Part shown: positions 49,735 through 59,248 of the stretch, one piece after another
How positions within the stretch are numbered: position 1 is the stretch's first letter
How the letters are laid out: each line of letters begins with the position of its first letter
Notes under the pieces: generated by a model
The model's input: only the letters and a program-made list of their open reading frames with translations
Told to the model about the DNA's origin: nothing
The model's database searches: none
From: an uncultured Spirochaetota bacterium
Lineage (GTDB): Bacteria; Spirochaetota; Brevinematia; Brevinematales; JAOACQ01
Length of the DNA: 64,000 nucleotides
NCBI GenBank assembly: GCA_963835575.1
Contig: CAWIGG010000002.1
Location: 544,001-608,000 of the forward strand
Reading direction: 5' to 3'
Made by a program: the position numbers and the translations under genes

Positions 49735-51476
49735 GCTTTGTATCCGTTTGTGACGGGCATTCTTCTATCGCGCCCGAATGCGCGGGGTGAGATTTTAATT
49801 CCGGGAGGAGATTGTCTCCTTTTATATTCGCTCTTATCGATCATGGAGATGACCCTTTTCACCAGGGCCGCGTCGCCGATTTCCGCGGCTATTTCTTCCA
49901 CCGGACTGTCCTCTTCCACATAAGCGCGGATGACGGCATCGAGGATGGGATACTCAGGCAGGCTGTCGGAATCTTTCTGGTTTGCCCGGAGTTCAGCGGA
50001 AGGCGCCCTTTCAATTATCCGGCTCGGTATGACCGGCTTGATCGCGTTGCGGTATTCCGCAAGTTCGTAGACGGTTGTTTTCAGCACATCCTTGATTACG
50101 GCAAACCCGCCGGCCATATCGCCGTAAAGCGTGGCATAACCGGCGCTCATTTCGCTCTTGTTGCCGGTCGTGAGAACAAGCCAGCCGAATTTATTGGAAA
50201 GGGCCATGACAATATTGCCGCGTATCCTGGATTGTAAATTTTCCTCGGCTATGCCGAAGGGAAGCCCTTTAAAAATTTTCTTGAATTTTAGATTGTAGCT
50301 TTCATAAAGGTCCTGAATGGAAAGCTCCAGGAATTCTATCCCGAGATTCCGGGCGAGAATTCCCGCGTCTTCCCGGCTGATGGAAGCCGAGAATTCGGAA
50401 GGCAGAAATATGCCTTTCACACGGTCCGGCCCCAGGGCATCAACGGCTATGGCGGCAACAAGGGCAGAATCTATCCCTCCGCTGACCGCGACGATCACGT
50501 TTTCGAAACCGTTTTTTTCCACATAATCATGAGTTCCAAGAACTAGAGCTTTATAAATTGAGGCAATATCGCCGGTTTCATCATGAATAATGGCTTTTTT
50601 ACTAAGAGCGCGTGCAGGGGAAATATTCATCTTATCAACTTCAATGATTTTAACTTCAAAAGGGCTTTTCAGATATTCTTTTTCCTGTCTTCTCCGGATG
50701 TCCTTGAGCCTTTTCCTGAACACTGTGTCTGCGTCAATATCAAAAGACATGAAATCTTCCTCAAAGGATCTCATCCTGGCGATAAGCCCGCCGTTTTCAT
50801 TATAAGCGGTTGAGCATCCGTCGAAAACAAGCTCATCCTGTCCGCCGACAAGGTTGCAGTTCAGGAGAATGACGGACTCATCACCCGCTCTTGTGCCGAA
50901 CATCTTTTCACGGTAGCTTTGTTTACCGGTATGGTAGGGCGAGGCGCTGATGTTAATAATGACCTCCGCGTTGCCCGCGACGGATTGATAATGCAGGGGG
51001 CCGACCGGGTACCAGATGTCTTCGCAGATATTTACGCCGATCCGGATGCCCTTATAGATTAAAACAGGCACTGAGTTCCCGGGCGTAAAATAGCGCTTTT
51101 CATCAAAAACGCCGTAATTCGGAAGAAATATTTTGTGATAGATATCAATAAGCTTTCCGTTGTAAATAATTCCGGCGGAGTTGAATATATTATTATCCTC
51201 ATCGTTTTTGTGAATAAAACCTATAATAATAAGAATTTTCTTTCCTTTTGAAAAATCGATGATAGATTTAAGAGCTTCAAGGTTTGATCCGATAAACTGG
51301 GTTTTAAAAACGAGATCTTCCGGGGGATAACCGGTGATGGAAAGTTCCGGGAATACCGCCGCATCAGCCTTGTCCTTGAGGGCTTTTTGTATTAAGAGTT
51401 TTATTTTATCGGTATTTCCCTGAATATCGCCGACTTTAAAATTACACTGGCAGAGGGAAAACCTAAATGTTCTCAT
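49731..51476 (-). CDS. nadE: Glutamine-dependent NAD+ synthetase
   Basis: Nitrilase domain (FPELSITGYPPED, LPNYGVFDEKRYF, ICEDIW) plus SGGIDS, TGNKSE, GYATLYGD, SAEL, EYKRRQ. Confidence 0.96.
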   Translation of the reverse strand: MRTFRFSLCQCNFKVGDIQGNTDKIKLLIQKALKDKADAAVFPELSITGYPPEDLVFKTQFIGSNLEALKSIIDFSKGKKILIIIGFIHKNDEDNNIFNSAGIIYNGKLIDIYHKIFLPNYGVFDEKRYFTPGNSVPVLIYKGIRIGVNICEDIWYPVGPLHYQSVAGNAEVIINISASPYHTGKQSYREKMFGTRAGDESVILLNCNLVGGQDELVFDGCSTAYNENGGLIARMRSFEEDFMSFDIDADTVFRKRLKDIRRRQEKEYLKSPFEVKIIEVDKMNISPARALSKKAIIHDETGDIASIYKALVLGTHDYVEKNGFENVIVAVSGGIDSALVAAIAVDALGPDRVKGIFLPSEFSASISREDAGILARNLGIEFLELSIQDLYESYNLKFKKIFKGLPFGIAEENLQSRIRGNIVMALSNKFGWLVLTTGNKSEMSAGYATLYGDMAGGFAVIKDVLKTTVYELAEYRNAIKPVIPSRIIERAPSAELRANQKDSDSLPEYPILDAVIRAYVEEDSPVEEIAAEIGDAALVKRVISMIDKSEYKRRQSPPGIKISPRAFGRDRRMPVTNGYKA

Positions 51477-52239
51477 AGATCTTCCTCTTTGAGGCATGCT
51501 CGCTGGGATGAGCGTTTTCCCTTAATGCCCGGAATACCTGCTTCAAGCCTGATTTGGTGACTAAATAACGGTGAAGGCTGTATGTATTTTCATTTTTATT
51601 CAATGGTATTTTGATCAATCCCGGTTGGATGGTAAATGCGTATTGATAATGGGCCTTTATTATATATTCGACAGTTATATCCGAGAATGAGCCGAAAGGA
51701 TAGGCAAATAAAGTCACCGGGGCGGGAAGTTTTTTTTCCAGGACTTCCTTGGATTTGAAGATCTCGCGGTTGAAAGAAAGATTGTCTTTTTCATACAGCT
51801 TCTCATTAATGAAAAGATGGTTGTAGCCATGGGCGCCGATGCATGCGCCGTCATTTTCATATTCTTTCAAATCGCGGTAACTGAGCGCGTAATGCCTGCG
51901 TCCGATAATGGCCGGGTATATAAAAAGGACCGGCTTGATCCCGTATTTTTCCAGGATACTTTTATAAATATTGCGGATGGAACGGTTGCCGTCATCAAGT
52001 GTTATTAAAACATTCATTTTACCGCTCACGTTATTCTCCAGGATATCATCAAAACTGACAAAATGGTATCCCATTTTTATCATGGTATTAATCTGCTCTT
52101 CAAATTCCGCGGGCGAGAAATCATAATCGTCCCTGTCAAGCCCTATAAAAGTATGATAACAGAGGGCAATTGCCGAACCGTCTCCAAATAACAGCGGACA
52201 GGAAAATGCGAATATGATTGAAATCAGCAGTTTTTTCAT
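51463..52239 (-). CDS. Polysaccharide deacetylase family protein, secreted
   Basis: LCYH, ITLDDG, GAHGYNH, FAYPFG. Confidence 0.85.
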   Translation of the reverse strand: MKKLLISIIFAFSCPLLFGDGSAIALCYHTFIGLDRDDYDFSPAEFEEQINTMIKMGYHFVSFDDILENNVSGKMNVLITLDDGNRSIRNIYKSILEKYGIKPVLFIYPAIIGRRHYALSYRDLKEYENDGACIGAHGYNHLFINEKLYEKDNLSFNREIFKSKEVLEKKLPAPVTLFAYPFGSFSDITVEYIIKAHYQYAFTIQPGLIKIPLNKNENTYSLHRYLVTKSGLKQVFRALRENAHPSEHASKRKIYENI

Positions 52240-52475
52240 TTTTTAGTTCCTTCATTTAATAATTTATTGACAAATCATTATTAATTCAAGCTGATGAGCG
52301 ATTATTATAAACTATAATTGAACTTTATTCCAGTACGGATAAATATTAAAGCGTATACCTTTTTTTCGGACATTTTAGAGGTGAACTTGAAAATGAACCG
52401 CTGATTAACGGAAGTTGTTATTAACCTGAGGCTTTTAAAACTGTTCTTAATTTAATTTGATCTTTATAAGAATAT

Positions 52476-54875
52476 TTAAGACTTTAAACTCACCCGGCTT
52501 TCATCTTTCAACAATAATTCCGCCGCTTTTTCCGGCGTGACAGGCCTGGAGAAAAAATAACCCTGGACCCAGTCGCAGGATAATTCTGTAGTTTCATCCC
52601 AGTGCATGAACTTCAATGAATCAAGCTGTTCCTTTGTTTCTATGCCTTCGGCCATGACCTGTATGCCCATGGTGTGCGCCATGGAGACTATTGCTTTGAC
52701 AATCGCCGCGTCATGGATATCATGCGCGATATTCTGTATAAATAATCTGTCAATTTTAATGGCCATAACATTTAAAAGCTTGAGCCAGGCCATGGAAGAG
52801 TATCCGGAGCCGAAATTATCGATAATGATGGAAATTCCTTTGTCTTTCAGATAACCGATTGTTTTAATTGTCAGTTCTATCTCGGACATAGCCGTACTTT
52901 CCGTAAATTCCAATTCCAGTAAGGACGGATCAATATCATATTCTGCCAGCGCGCCGTCTATTTTTTTTATTAACTCAGGGTCCTGGAATTGCTTTGCCGA
53001 TAAATTAACGGCGATGGGCATCTCTTCCAGGCCTTTTTCCCTCCATAATTTTTGCTGACCGCATACTTTTTTTAATACCCATTCTCCCATCGGAATGATG
53101 AGGCCGGACCGTTCGGCTATCGGCAGGAACTCTATCGGATTGATGATCCCATGCTCGGGATGATCCCACCTGAGCAGAGCTTCCATGGCCCTGATCTTTT
53201 TTAATTTCACATCATAAATAGGCTGATAATAAAGCAAAAACTCATTGCTCATTATTGCCACCCTGAGCTCCTGCTCAAATTTCTGGCTCTTGCGGGCTGA
53301 AGAGTCTATTTCAGGCGAATAGAGCCGGTAATTATTTCTTCCTGATTCCTTGACTTTGTAAAGGGCGAGATCGGCGTATTTGTAAAGTTCTTCGATATTG
53401 TCCGCATGATGGGGATAAATGCTGATGCCGATGCTCAGCGTGATAATAAATGGGTTCTTTTTAATGATGATGGGGGCTGCAAAGGACGAGCGGATCCTTT
53501 CAATCACTACATCGCAATCGCTTTTATTTTTCACATCGGTCAAAACGATGACAAACTCATCGCCGCCGAGGCGCGTGACTGTATCGCAGTTCCGGATGTT
53601 CTCGCTGAGTTTTTTCGCGATTTCCTTAAGCAGTATGTCTCCGGTATCATGCCCGTAAGTATCATTGATATCCTTGAACCGATCGATATCAATGAGCAGG
53701 ATTTCGACAAGCTGTTTATATCTTTTTGCCCTGGATAAGGCGCTTCGGAGGCGGTCGTTCAATACAAGCCGGTTCGGCAGGTTGGTCAGCACATCATGCG
53801 TGGCCATATACTGGAGCTGCTTTTCAGTCTCTTTCCTTTCCGAGATATTCCGGAGAAGGGCCACATAGCCGGTATTCTGGCCGTATTTATCAATAACAAT
53901 AGAAGCTGAAATCGATAAATAGATGTTCCTGCCTCCGGGTAGTGAATAATTGATTTCCATATCCCTTATCATCTGTTCCGATTCCAGGCGTTTTAATAAA
54001 TTCTGGCTGGAGAAAGCCCCGGGAAGCAGCTGTTTTACCGGTTTATTGAGGATCGATTTTTCATCTTTTTCCAGCAGATCGAAGAGCGCTGGATTGGCGC
54101 TGACAATGCTTCCCTCAGGATTTATTATAAGAAGCCCGTCGGCCATGGTATTCAAAATGCTTGACGCGGCGGATTCCGGCGATATCAGCATCAAACCGTA
54201 CTTGATAATGGCTATGGAAAGCCCAATTTCCCAGATCATGATTGGGGCTATGTCGAGATAGGAATAATTTTCGAAATTAAAAAAGGGAGGAAGATAAATT
54301 GTCAGTGAAAAGATCAAAAAGCTGATCAGAATGGCAAATATGATGAATCTGCCCTGTTTTTTGTGGGCCCGAATAGGTGATTTCCTTGTCCAAATATACA
54401 GTAATATGATACTGGCAAGCATATAAACCAGCATATAGATATTATTATATGCAGACCAGAAATTATTTGTGACCCGGCTGTAGACCCAGCCTGAATTTGT
54501 ATGAATAAACTGATTGATCAGCCGCATATCAATGACTGTATAATAAGTGAGCGGGAGGACCGGAAGATAAATCAGGATATACAGCCATTTATGTTTACTG
54601 AAGATTTTGTTTCCGGTAAGTTCCAGAATAAAATGAAGGAAAAAAGAGCCGAGCAGGGCCCAGCCTGAAGCCATGAACCTGAACCAGGAACGGCAGGAGT
54701 TTTCATCCGGCGCGGAAAGAAAAAAGATATAACCGAAATACCAGACGGCTATTGTCAGCGAAAATAAAGCGAATATAATGCTTGTGATTTTTTTAGGGTT
54801 CTTTGATAAGATATGAATAGGCAGCGCGAGGGCAAGAATAAAAAAGACTGTGACAATAAAATCTATGGCCTGCAT
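52476..54875 (-). CDS. 7TM sensor-PAS-GGDEF-EAL c-di-GMP signalling protein
   Basis: About seven TM helices, PAS, HDVLTNLPNR, GGDEF, YYQPI..EALLRW, DNFGSGYSS, AEGIET, QGYFFSRP. Confidence 0.9.
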   Translation of the reverse strand: MQAIDFIVTVFFILALALPIHILSKNPKKITSIIFALFSLTIAVWYFGYIFFLSAPDENSCRSWFRFMASGWALLGSFFLHFILELTGNKIFSKHKWLYILIYLPVLPLTYYTVIDMRLINQFIHTNSGWVYSRVTNNFWSAYNNIYMLVYMLASIILLYIWTRKSPIRAHKKQGRFIIFAILISFLIFSLTIYLPPFFNFENYSYLDIAPIMIWEIGLSIAIIKYGLMLISPESAASSILNTMADGLLIINPEGSIVSANPALFDLLEKDEKSILNKPVKQLLPGAFSSQNLLKRLESEQMIRDMEINYSLPGGRNIYLSISASIVIDKYGQNTGYVALLRNISERKETEKQLQYMATHDVLTNLPNRLVLNDRLRSALSRAKRYKQLVEILLIDIDRFKDINDTYGHDTGDILLKEIAKKLSENIRNCDTVTRLGGDEFVIVLTDVKNKSDCDVVIERIRSSFAAPIIIKKNPFIITLSIGISIYPHHADNIEELYKYADLALYKVKESGRNNYRLYSPEIDSSARKSQKFEQELRVAIMSNEFLLYYQPIYDVKLKKIRAMEALLRWDHPEHGIINPIEFLPIAERSGLIIPMGEWVLKKVCGQQKLWREKGLEEMPIAVNLSAKQFQDPELIKKIDGALAEYDIDPSLLELEFTESTAMSEIELTIKTIGYLKDKGISIIIDNFGSGYSSMAWLKLLNVMAIKIDRLFIQNIAHDIHDAAIVKAIVSMAHTMGIQVMAEGIETKEQLDSLKFMHWDETTELSCDWVQGYFFSRPVTPEKAAELLLKDESRVSLKS

Positions 54876-54981
54876 TTTCCTCTCTCCTTTTATTGATTAA
54901 AAAAAGAGAAATCATTATTATGATGATTATAATAAAGAGTCTGTTAAAGTCAATACAAAAATTTCATTTCTGGATAGTTTT

Positions 54982-55464
54982 ATGCAGAATAAAACCACTG
55001 TAAAAGATTCAGCGGCTGAAGCCTATAAAACTGCCCTGCGTTTTATTAAATTCCGCCCGCGGAGCTCGCTTGAGGTGCGGAATAAGCTCAGAAGCAAAGA
55101 CTTCATCAGCTCTGTAATTGATGAAACAATACGGCAGCTTTTGAATGAAGGCCTGCTGGACGATGAGACTTTCGCCAGGGCATGGGCCCTGGAGCGTCTG
55201 GTTAACAAAGGACTGGGCAGGATCAAGATCAAAAATGAGCTCAGGCAGAAAGGGATCAGCGGTGAAATCATTGAGGATGTTCTGGATAAGATCGCTGAGG
55301 AGGAAGAACCGGCCGAAACCGCGGCCCGGTTTCTTAAAAACAAATACAGGGACAGAGTGGATTTGATTGAGGAAAAGGATTTAATTTCAGTCCTTCTCAG
55401 GAACGGCTATTCCTATTCCGAAGCCAGGGAAGCGATAAGGCTTATTAAGGAAGAGGAGGATTGA
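54982..55464 (+). CDS. recX: Recombination regulator RecX
   Basis: ALRFIKFRPRSSLEVRNKL, GLLDDETFA, GRIKIKNELRQKGI, LLRNGY. Confidence 0.88.
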   Translation: MQNKTTVKDSAAEAYKTALRFIKFRPRSSLEVRNKLRSKDFISSVIDETIRQLLNEGLLDDETFARAWALERLVNKGLGRIKIKNELRQKGISGEIIEDVLDKIAEEEEPAETAARFLKNKYRDRVDLIEEKDLISVLLRNGYSYSEAREAIRLIKEEED

Positions 55465-55505
55465 TTCAAATATCAATCCTGTTTTTACGCGAATAATCCG
55501 GGGTT

Positions 55506-55978
55506 AAATGTCTCGCAAAGGCGCAAAGCCCGCAAAGCCGACTTTTTTTAAATGTTTGTTTTTCGGACAAGTAATAATATAGTCTACTCCCCTCTATTGC
55601 CCTCTGTGAACTTCGTCGTTATAGTTTAGAACTTTATGATATTTAGAGTATGTTTTCAATCATAAAGAATTGAGGAAAAATAATACACCCAAAATTAAAT
55701 CATTCTTTGCGATCTCTGCATCTTTGCGTGAGCATTAAATCCCCATTATACCATTTTCTTCTTTTCCTATGTATCTCAATACTGAAGTAATCACTTTTAC
55801 TAACAAACTATCTTGATGAATAACTAAATCCTGAAAAATCCGCCTTCATCCGTGAAAATCACTGTTTGCAATCGGATATTATAAAAATAATTCTTTTATA
55901 GCATCCTTAATCGTAAAACCTCAATATAAAACACTTTTCTCCGTCCTTTGCGATCTTTGCGCCTTTGTGTGAGAAATT
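55506..55978. repeat. Intergenic cluster of inverted (CGCAAAG)x3 periodic repeats plus ATCC-periodic repeats
   Basis: TCTCGCAAAGGCGCAAAGCCCGCAAAG (about 55511-55537); inverted copies at about 55705-55732 and 55946-55974; AATCCTGAAAAATCCGCCTTCATCCGTGAAAATC at about 55827-55860. Confidence 0.7.
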
Positions 55979-56494
55979 TTAAATAAACCTTTCGAAGCGG
56001 TCTTTTTTTGCCTTGCAGACGGGGCAGATCTCGGGCGGAGTTTCCCTCGCGCAGAGGTATCCGCAGACCTTGCATCTCCAGACAGGATAGGGCAGTTTGC
56101 CGGCCCCGGCAAGTTTGGGGGCGTTTTTTTGTTTTATCCGCTCTTCTTTCGGAGGCCTTCTTTCAGGAATGGAATGGGCTTTCTTCTTGCCATCAATAAC
56201 ATCATTTGAAACATATAGAGCGCAGTAGCAGGCGTCATAGCCGGTCAGGTCGGGATCGCGGTAATCGCAGGGGCAGATAATGTCAAGGTCTTCTTCTTTA
56301 TTTCCGGAAGAAAGCCGGCAGGGGCAGGCCTGGTAGCCGTAGCGGTTTTCGTTGATCAGGAGGCTTTCGACGAGCGCCTTTGTGAATTCGATGTCGGGAT
56401 TCAGATGGTATCCGCCGCTCTCGGCTTCGTCATTGAGCTTTTTATACAATGCGTCAATCCCGCTTTTTTCAATATTGATATTATTTCCTGGCAT
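55979..56494 (-). CDS. Ferredoxin:thioredoxin reductase catalytic subunit fused to a C-terminal rubredoxin (FDR-like)
   Basis: CPCR, CPCDY, CYC FTR motifs; WRCKVCGY...CPVC rubredoxin. Confidence 0.9.
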   Translation of the reverse strand: MPGNNINIEKSGIDALYKKLNDEAESGGYHLNPDIEFTKALVESLLINENRYGYQACPCRLSSGNKEEDLDIICPCDYRDPDLTGYDACYCALYVSNDVIDGKKKAHSIPERRPPKEERIKQKNAPKLAGAGKLPYPVWRCKVCGYLCARETPPEICPVCKAKKDRFERFI

Positions 56495-56778
56495 TATTTC
56501 AGGACCTCTTTGATCCTTTCTTCATCAAAGCCGACGATGCACTCCTCATTATTGATCACAAGGGTAGGATAGGAACAGCTCGGGTTCCATGCTTTGAGTT
56601 CACTGAGAAATTTCTCCTTGACTTCATTATCAAGCTGGTCCATATCGATGTAGGAATAATCAACGCCGAGGTCCTGGAGAAGTTTTTTTGTTTTTTTGCA
56701 CCAGACGCATGTACTGAGCGCATACATGATCACTTTTCCCTTGTTCTTGCCAGTCATATGCTGAAATTCTTTCATCAT
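56494..56778 (-). CDS. Glutaredoxin/NrdH-like redoxin, CVWC active site
   Basis: [26 protein letters not shown]; its stop overlaps the next start (TAATG). Confidence 0.9.
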   Translation of the reverse strand: MMKEFQHMTGKNKGKVIMYALSTCVWCKKTKKLLQDLGVDYSYIDMDQLDNEVKEKFLSELKAWNPSCSYPTLVINNEECIVGFDEERIKEVLK

Positions 56779-56904
56779 TGTCTCCCCGGCTTTTATGCCT
56801 GAATATGTAAATTATACTACCCTTAGAATAATATGAGATGGTTCACTTATATGTAATAAGATTAATAAATAATTTTAATATTGACAAGTAAATATGATAA
56901 TTAT

Positions 56905-57726
56905 TTATAGTTTAACCGTTAAGCCGGCTTGTACAGCCAGATAAGGGACCGCGTATTGATAATTCGGGTCTATCAGGAAAGTGCCGAGCATAAGTACGGC
57001 ATAGCCGCTGAAGTCTTTACCGAATTGCGCTGTATAGATTCCTGCCGCTGAAAGCCTTTCTTTAATCTGCGCGGAAGACGGCACTGTTAAAAACATGTTA
57101 TTTAATCCTGTCATAAAAGCGTCCGTGAACTGGTAGAAAACATAAGTGTTGTTGACAAGGCAAAAATCCTTGTTTTTCTGTATGCAGTCGTCATACTGCT
57201 CATAAAAGTAGGAAGGGGTATTCATGTCCCAATAGTTTACTGTAAAAGTATTGACCGCGATCCATGGCCCGATTTGGATCTGAATGGTCGGTTCAATCAC
57301 GGCCCAGCTTCCGGACGCGTCGCTCTGGCTTAATTTAGCCAGCGCGGAAGGGCTGTGATTGTCGGAATAGCTCTGCAATGTGTTAAAACCGAACCCCAAT
57401 GCTTTATAAATGCCGATTATTCCATACCGTGCCGAGATATTAAATACGGCAATGGGTTCTATTGTTATAAAGCCGGACAGTGCGTCAAAAGCCGGAGAAA
57501 CCATGTTGACTATTCCGGCGTCGATATGGGTCGATTCCCAGAGAATTCCCTCTTCCTTTATAAGCGGAAACCGGTAATATATCTTTGTCGCGGCCATCAA
57601 CCCCAGAGGGTTGTATGATCCGGCGATATCCTGATAAAAATAAAAACCGGGGTCCGTTTTTTCACCGAAAAATAGTGTAGTACTTAAGAAAAATAATGCA
57701 AAACAAATAAATCCAGTTTTTTTCAT
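56905..57726 (-). CDS. Hypothetical exported/outer-membrane protein
   Basis: GGAGG RBS, MKKTGFICF signal peptide, beta-rich sequence. Confidence 0.7.
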   Translation of the reverse strand: MKKTGFICFALFFLSTTLFFGEKTDPGFYFYQDIAGSYNPLGLMAATKIYYRFPLIKEEGILWESTHIDAGIVNMVSPAFDALSGFITIEPIAVFNISARYGIIGIYKALGFGFNTLQSYSDNHSPSALAKLSQSDASGSWAVIEPTIQIQIGPWIAVNTFTVNYWDMNTPSYFYEQYDDCIQKNKDFCLVNNTYVFYQFTDAFMTGLNNMFLTVPSSAQIKERLSAAGIYTAQFGKDFSGYAVLMLGTFLIDPNYQYAVPYLAVQAGLTVKL

Positions 57727-57776
57727 ATTTTTCCTCCGGTTCTGTTTTGTGGAATGTCGCAGTCCCACACCATTTT

Positions 57777-57796
57777 GTAGAGACGCACGGCCGTGC
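57777..57796 (+). repeat. Truncated GTAG-headed REP-like palindrome
   Basis: GTAG-AGAC-GCACGGCCGTGC; the closing GTCT arm is missing. Confidence 0.45.
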
Positions 57797-57953
57797 TACC
57801 GCCCATAATTATTATTGGTTAATTTTTTCAGAAACTCAAGTTTAATTTCAAACAATTTAAATATTGACTGCGTCAGACTTGTTTAATTTGAAATAATTAT
57901 TATGAATGTTTAGAATATTATTATTATAATCAGAACATTATAAAGGAGGCGAT

Positions 57954-58658
57954 ATGGCGCATAGATATTACTCCAGGGGGATTGTGTGGGGAATAATCCT
58001 GATCGTGATAGGCGTCTTGATCATAGCCGATAATTTTTTTCATGTCAGTATTCCGATATCCACGGTCATCATCAGTCTCATACTGATAGCTTTAGGGATT
58101 CAGATCATGTTCGGGGGCTTTAGAGGCCGGTATTTCTCTCATGGCTACGGTTATCAGACAATCAAATACGAAGCCGGGAGCGGGGACAGGCATTATGATC
58201 TGAATTTCAAGGGGATGACCCTCGACCTGAGTGAAATGTCTTTAAAAGGCGGGACTGTTAAAATAGACATAACCGGATCTTTTGGCGGCGGAGCGGTTCT
58301 GCTGAACCCTGAACTGCCTGTCCGAATAGAGGCGGGAGCTTCATTCGGCGGCGTCACATTCCCGGACGGGAATGTGATCGGCTTCGGCCAGGGCAGCTAC
58401 CAGAACCAGGCTTTCAATCAGGATATGCCCCATTTATTGATAAAGGTGGATATATCGTTCGGAGGTCTCCGTTTTGTGACTTCAAAAGACGATATTCATG
58501 ACTGGCACCGGATGAGGCATGAATGGAGGGAAGAGCGGAGGAAATGGAAACGCCGGTACAGGGAAGGGATTGAGGGTATTTCCGAATTAAATGGGCGGCC
58601 CCTAAAAGTTCCTGACTTGCTGAATTTCCAGGATGGAATTGAGTTGTTCGTTCGTTAA
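57954..58658 (+). CDS. LiaF-like cell-envelope stress membrane protein
   Basis: Two N-terminal TM helices (WGIILIVIG), TLDLS, repeated SFGG motifs. Confidence 0.7.
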   Translation: MAHRYYSRGIVWGIILIVIGVLIIADNFFHVSIPISTVIISLILIALGIQIMFGGFRGRYFSHGYGYQTIKYEAGSGDRHYDLNFKGMTLDLSEMSLKGGTVKIDITGSFGGGAVLLNPELPVRIEAGASFGGVTFPDGNVIGFGQGSYQNQAFNQDMPHLLIKVDISFGGLRFVTSKDDIHDWHRMRHEWREERRKWKRRYREGIEGISELNGRPLKVPDLLNFQDGIELFVR

Positions 58659-58913
58659 CTGTTCGAACTTGACACTGATGATATTCCCGTCCACCCGTAC
58701 TACTTTTCCTGTCAAGGTTTGAACGCCAAGTTTTATTTTCATTATATCATCCCGAACAAAAAAGCTTTTCACCCTCATCTTGATCCCTTCGGATGATATG
58801 TCCCTGATCTCGCAGGGGCTTTCGATTTTATTAAATATATAAGAAGCGGTTATGAGGACCGGACTCCTTTCATTTCTTCTTTTTTCTTCAAAAAAATCCA
58901 TTGTTTCAGACAT
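58602..58913 (-). CDS. Single-domain PilZ protein
   Basis: RRNER (RxxxR) and DISSEG (DxSxxG), GKVVR, VKF. Confidence 0.85.
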   Translation of the reverse strand: MSETMDFFEEKRRNERSPVLITASYIFNKIESPCEIRDISSEGIKMRVKSFFVRDDIMKIKLGVQTLTGKVVRVDGNIISVKFEQLTNEQLNSILEIQQVRNF

Positions 58914-59248
58914 TTTATATTACCGCCTGATTTAAAATCTAAATAATATCAATTATTGTAAAGCAGATATCAGATTTCATCCAGAATCTTCATTGATCGT
59001 TTTTAGAAGGTTAAACATACCGAAAAATAAAAAAGACGGAAGCTGCAGCTGCCGATAAACGCTTTAGAATATCTTTACAGTTATTTTCTAAAAGATCCGG
59101 TAGAGGACCAGGTATTCAATAAGCAATGAAACACCTGAAACCAGTTCCCAATGATATGTCTGAATTGACCGCGCCTCTTTTGGATGTGATGTTGATGATC
59201 ATTCAGCTTTTGAAAAGCGTAGATATGAAAAATGCGGCAATTTTTAAA

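Noticed and set aside
54982..55464. recX without adjacent recA as a novelty
   Set aside because: Unlinked recX is common in many bacteria.
55470..55978. CRISPR array
   Set aside because: Repeats are degenerate, partly inverted and irregularly spaced; no cas genes in the window.
58990..59245. Possible SDR gene remnant on the minus strand (IINITSKRG) and the 59126-59419 plus-strand ORF
   Set aside because: Only one short motif between stop codons; the plus ORF overlaps glmS antisense and lacks an RBS.
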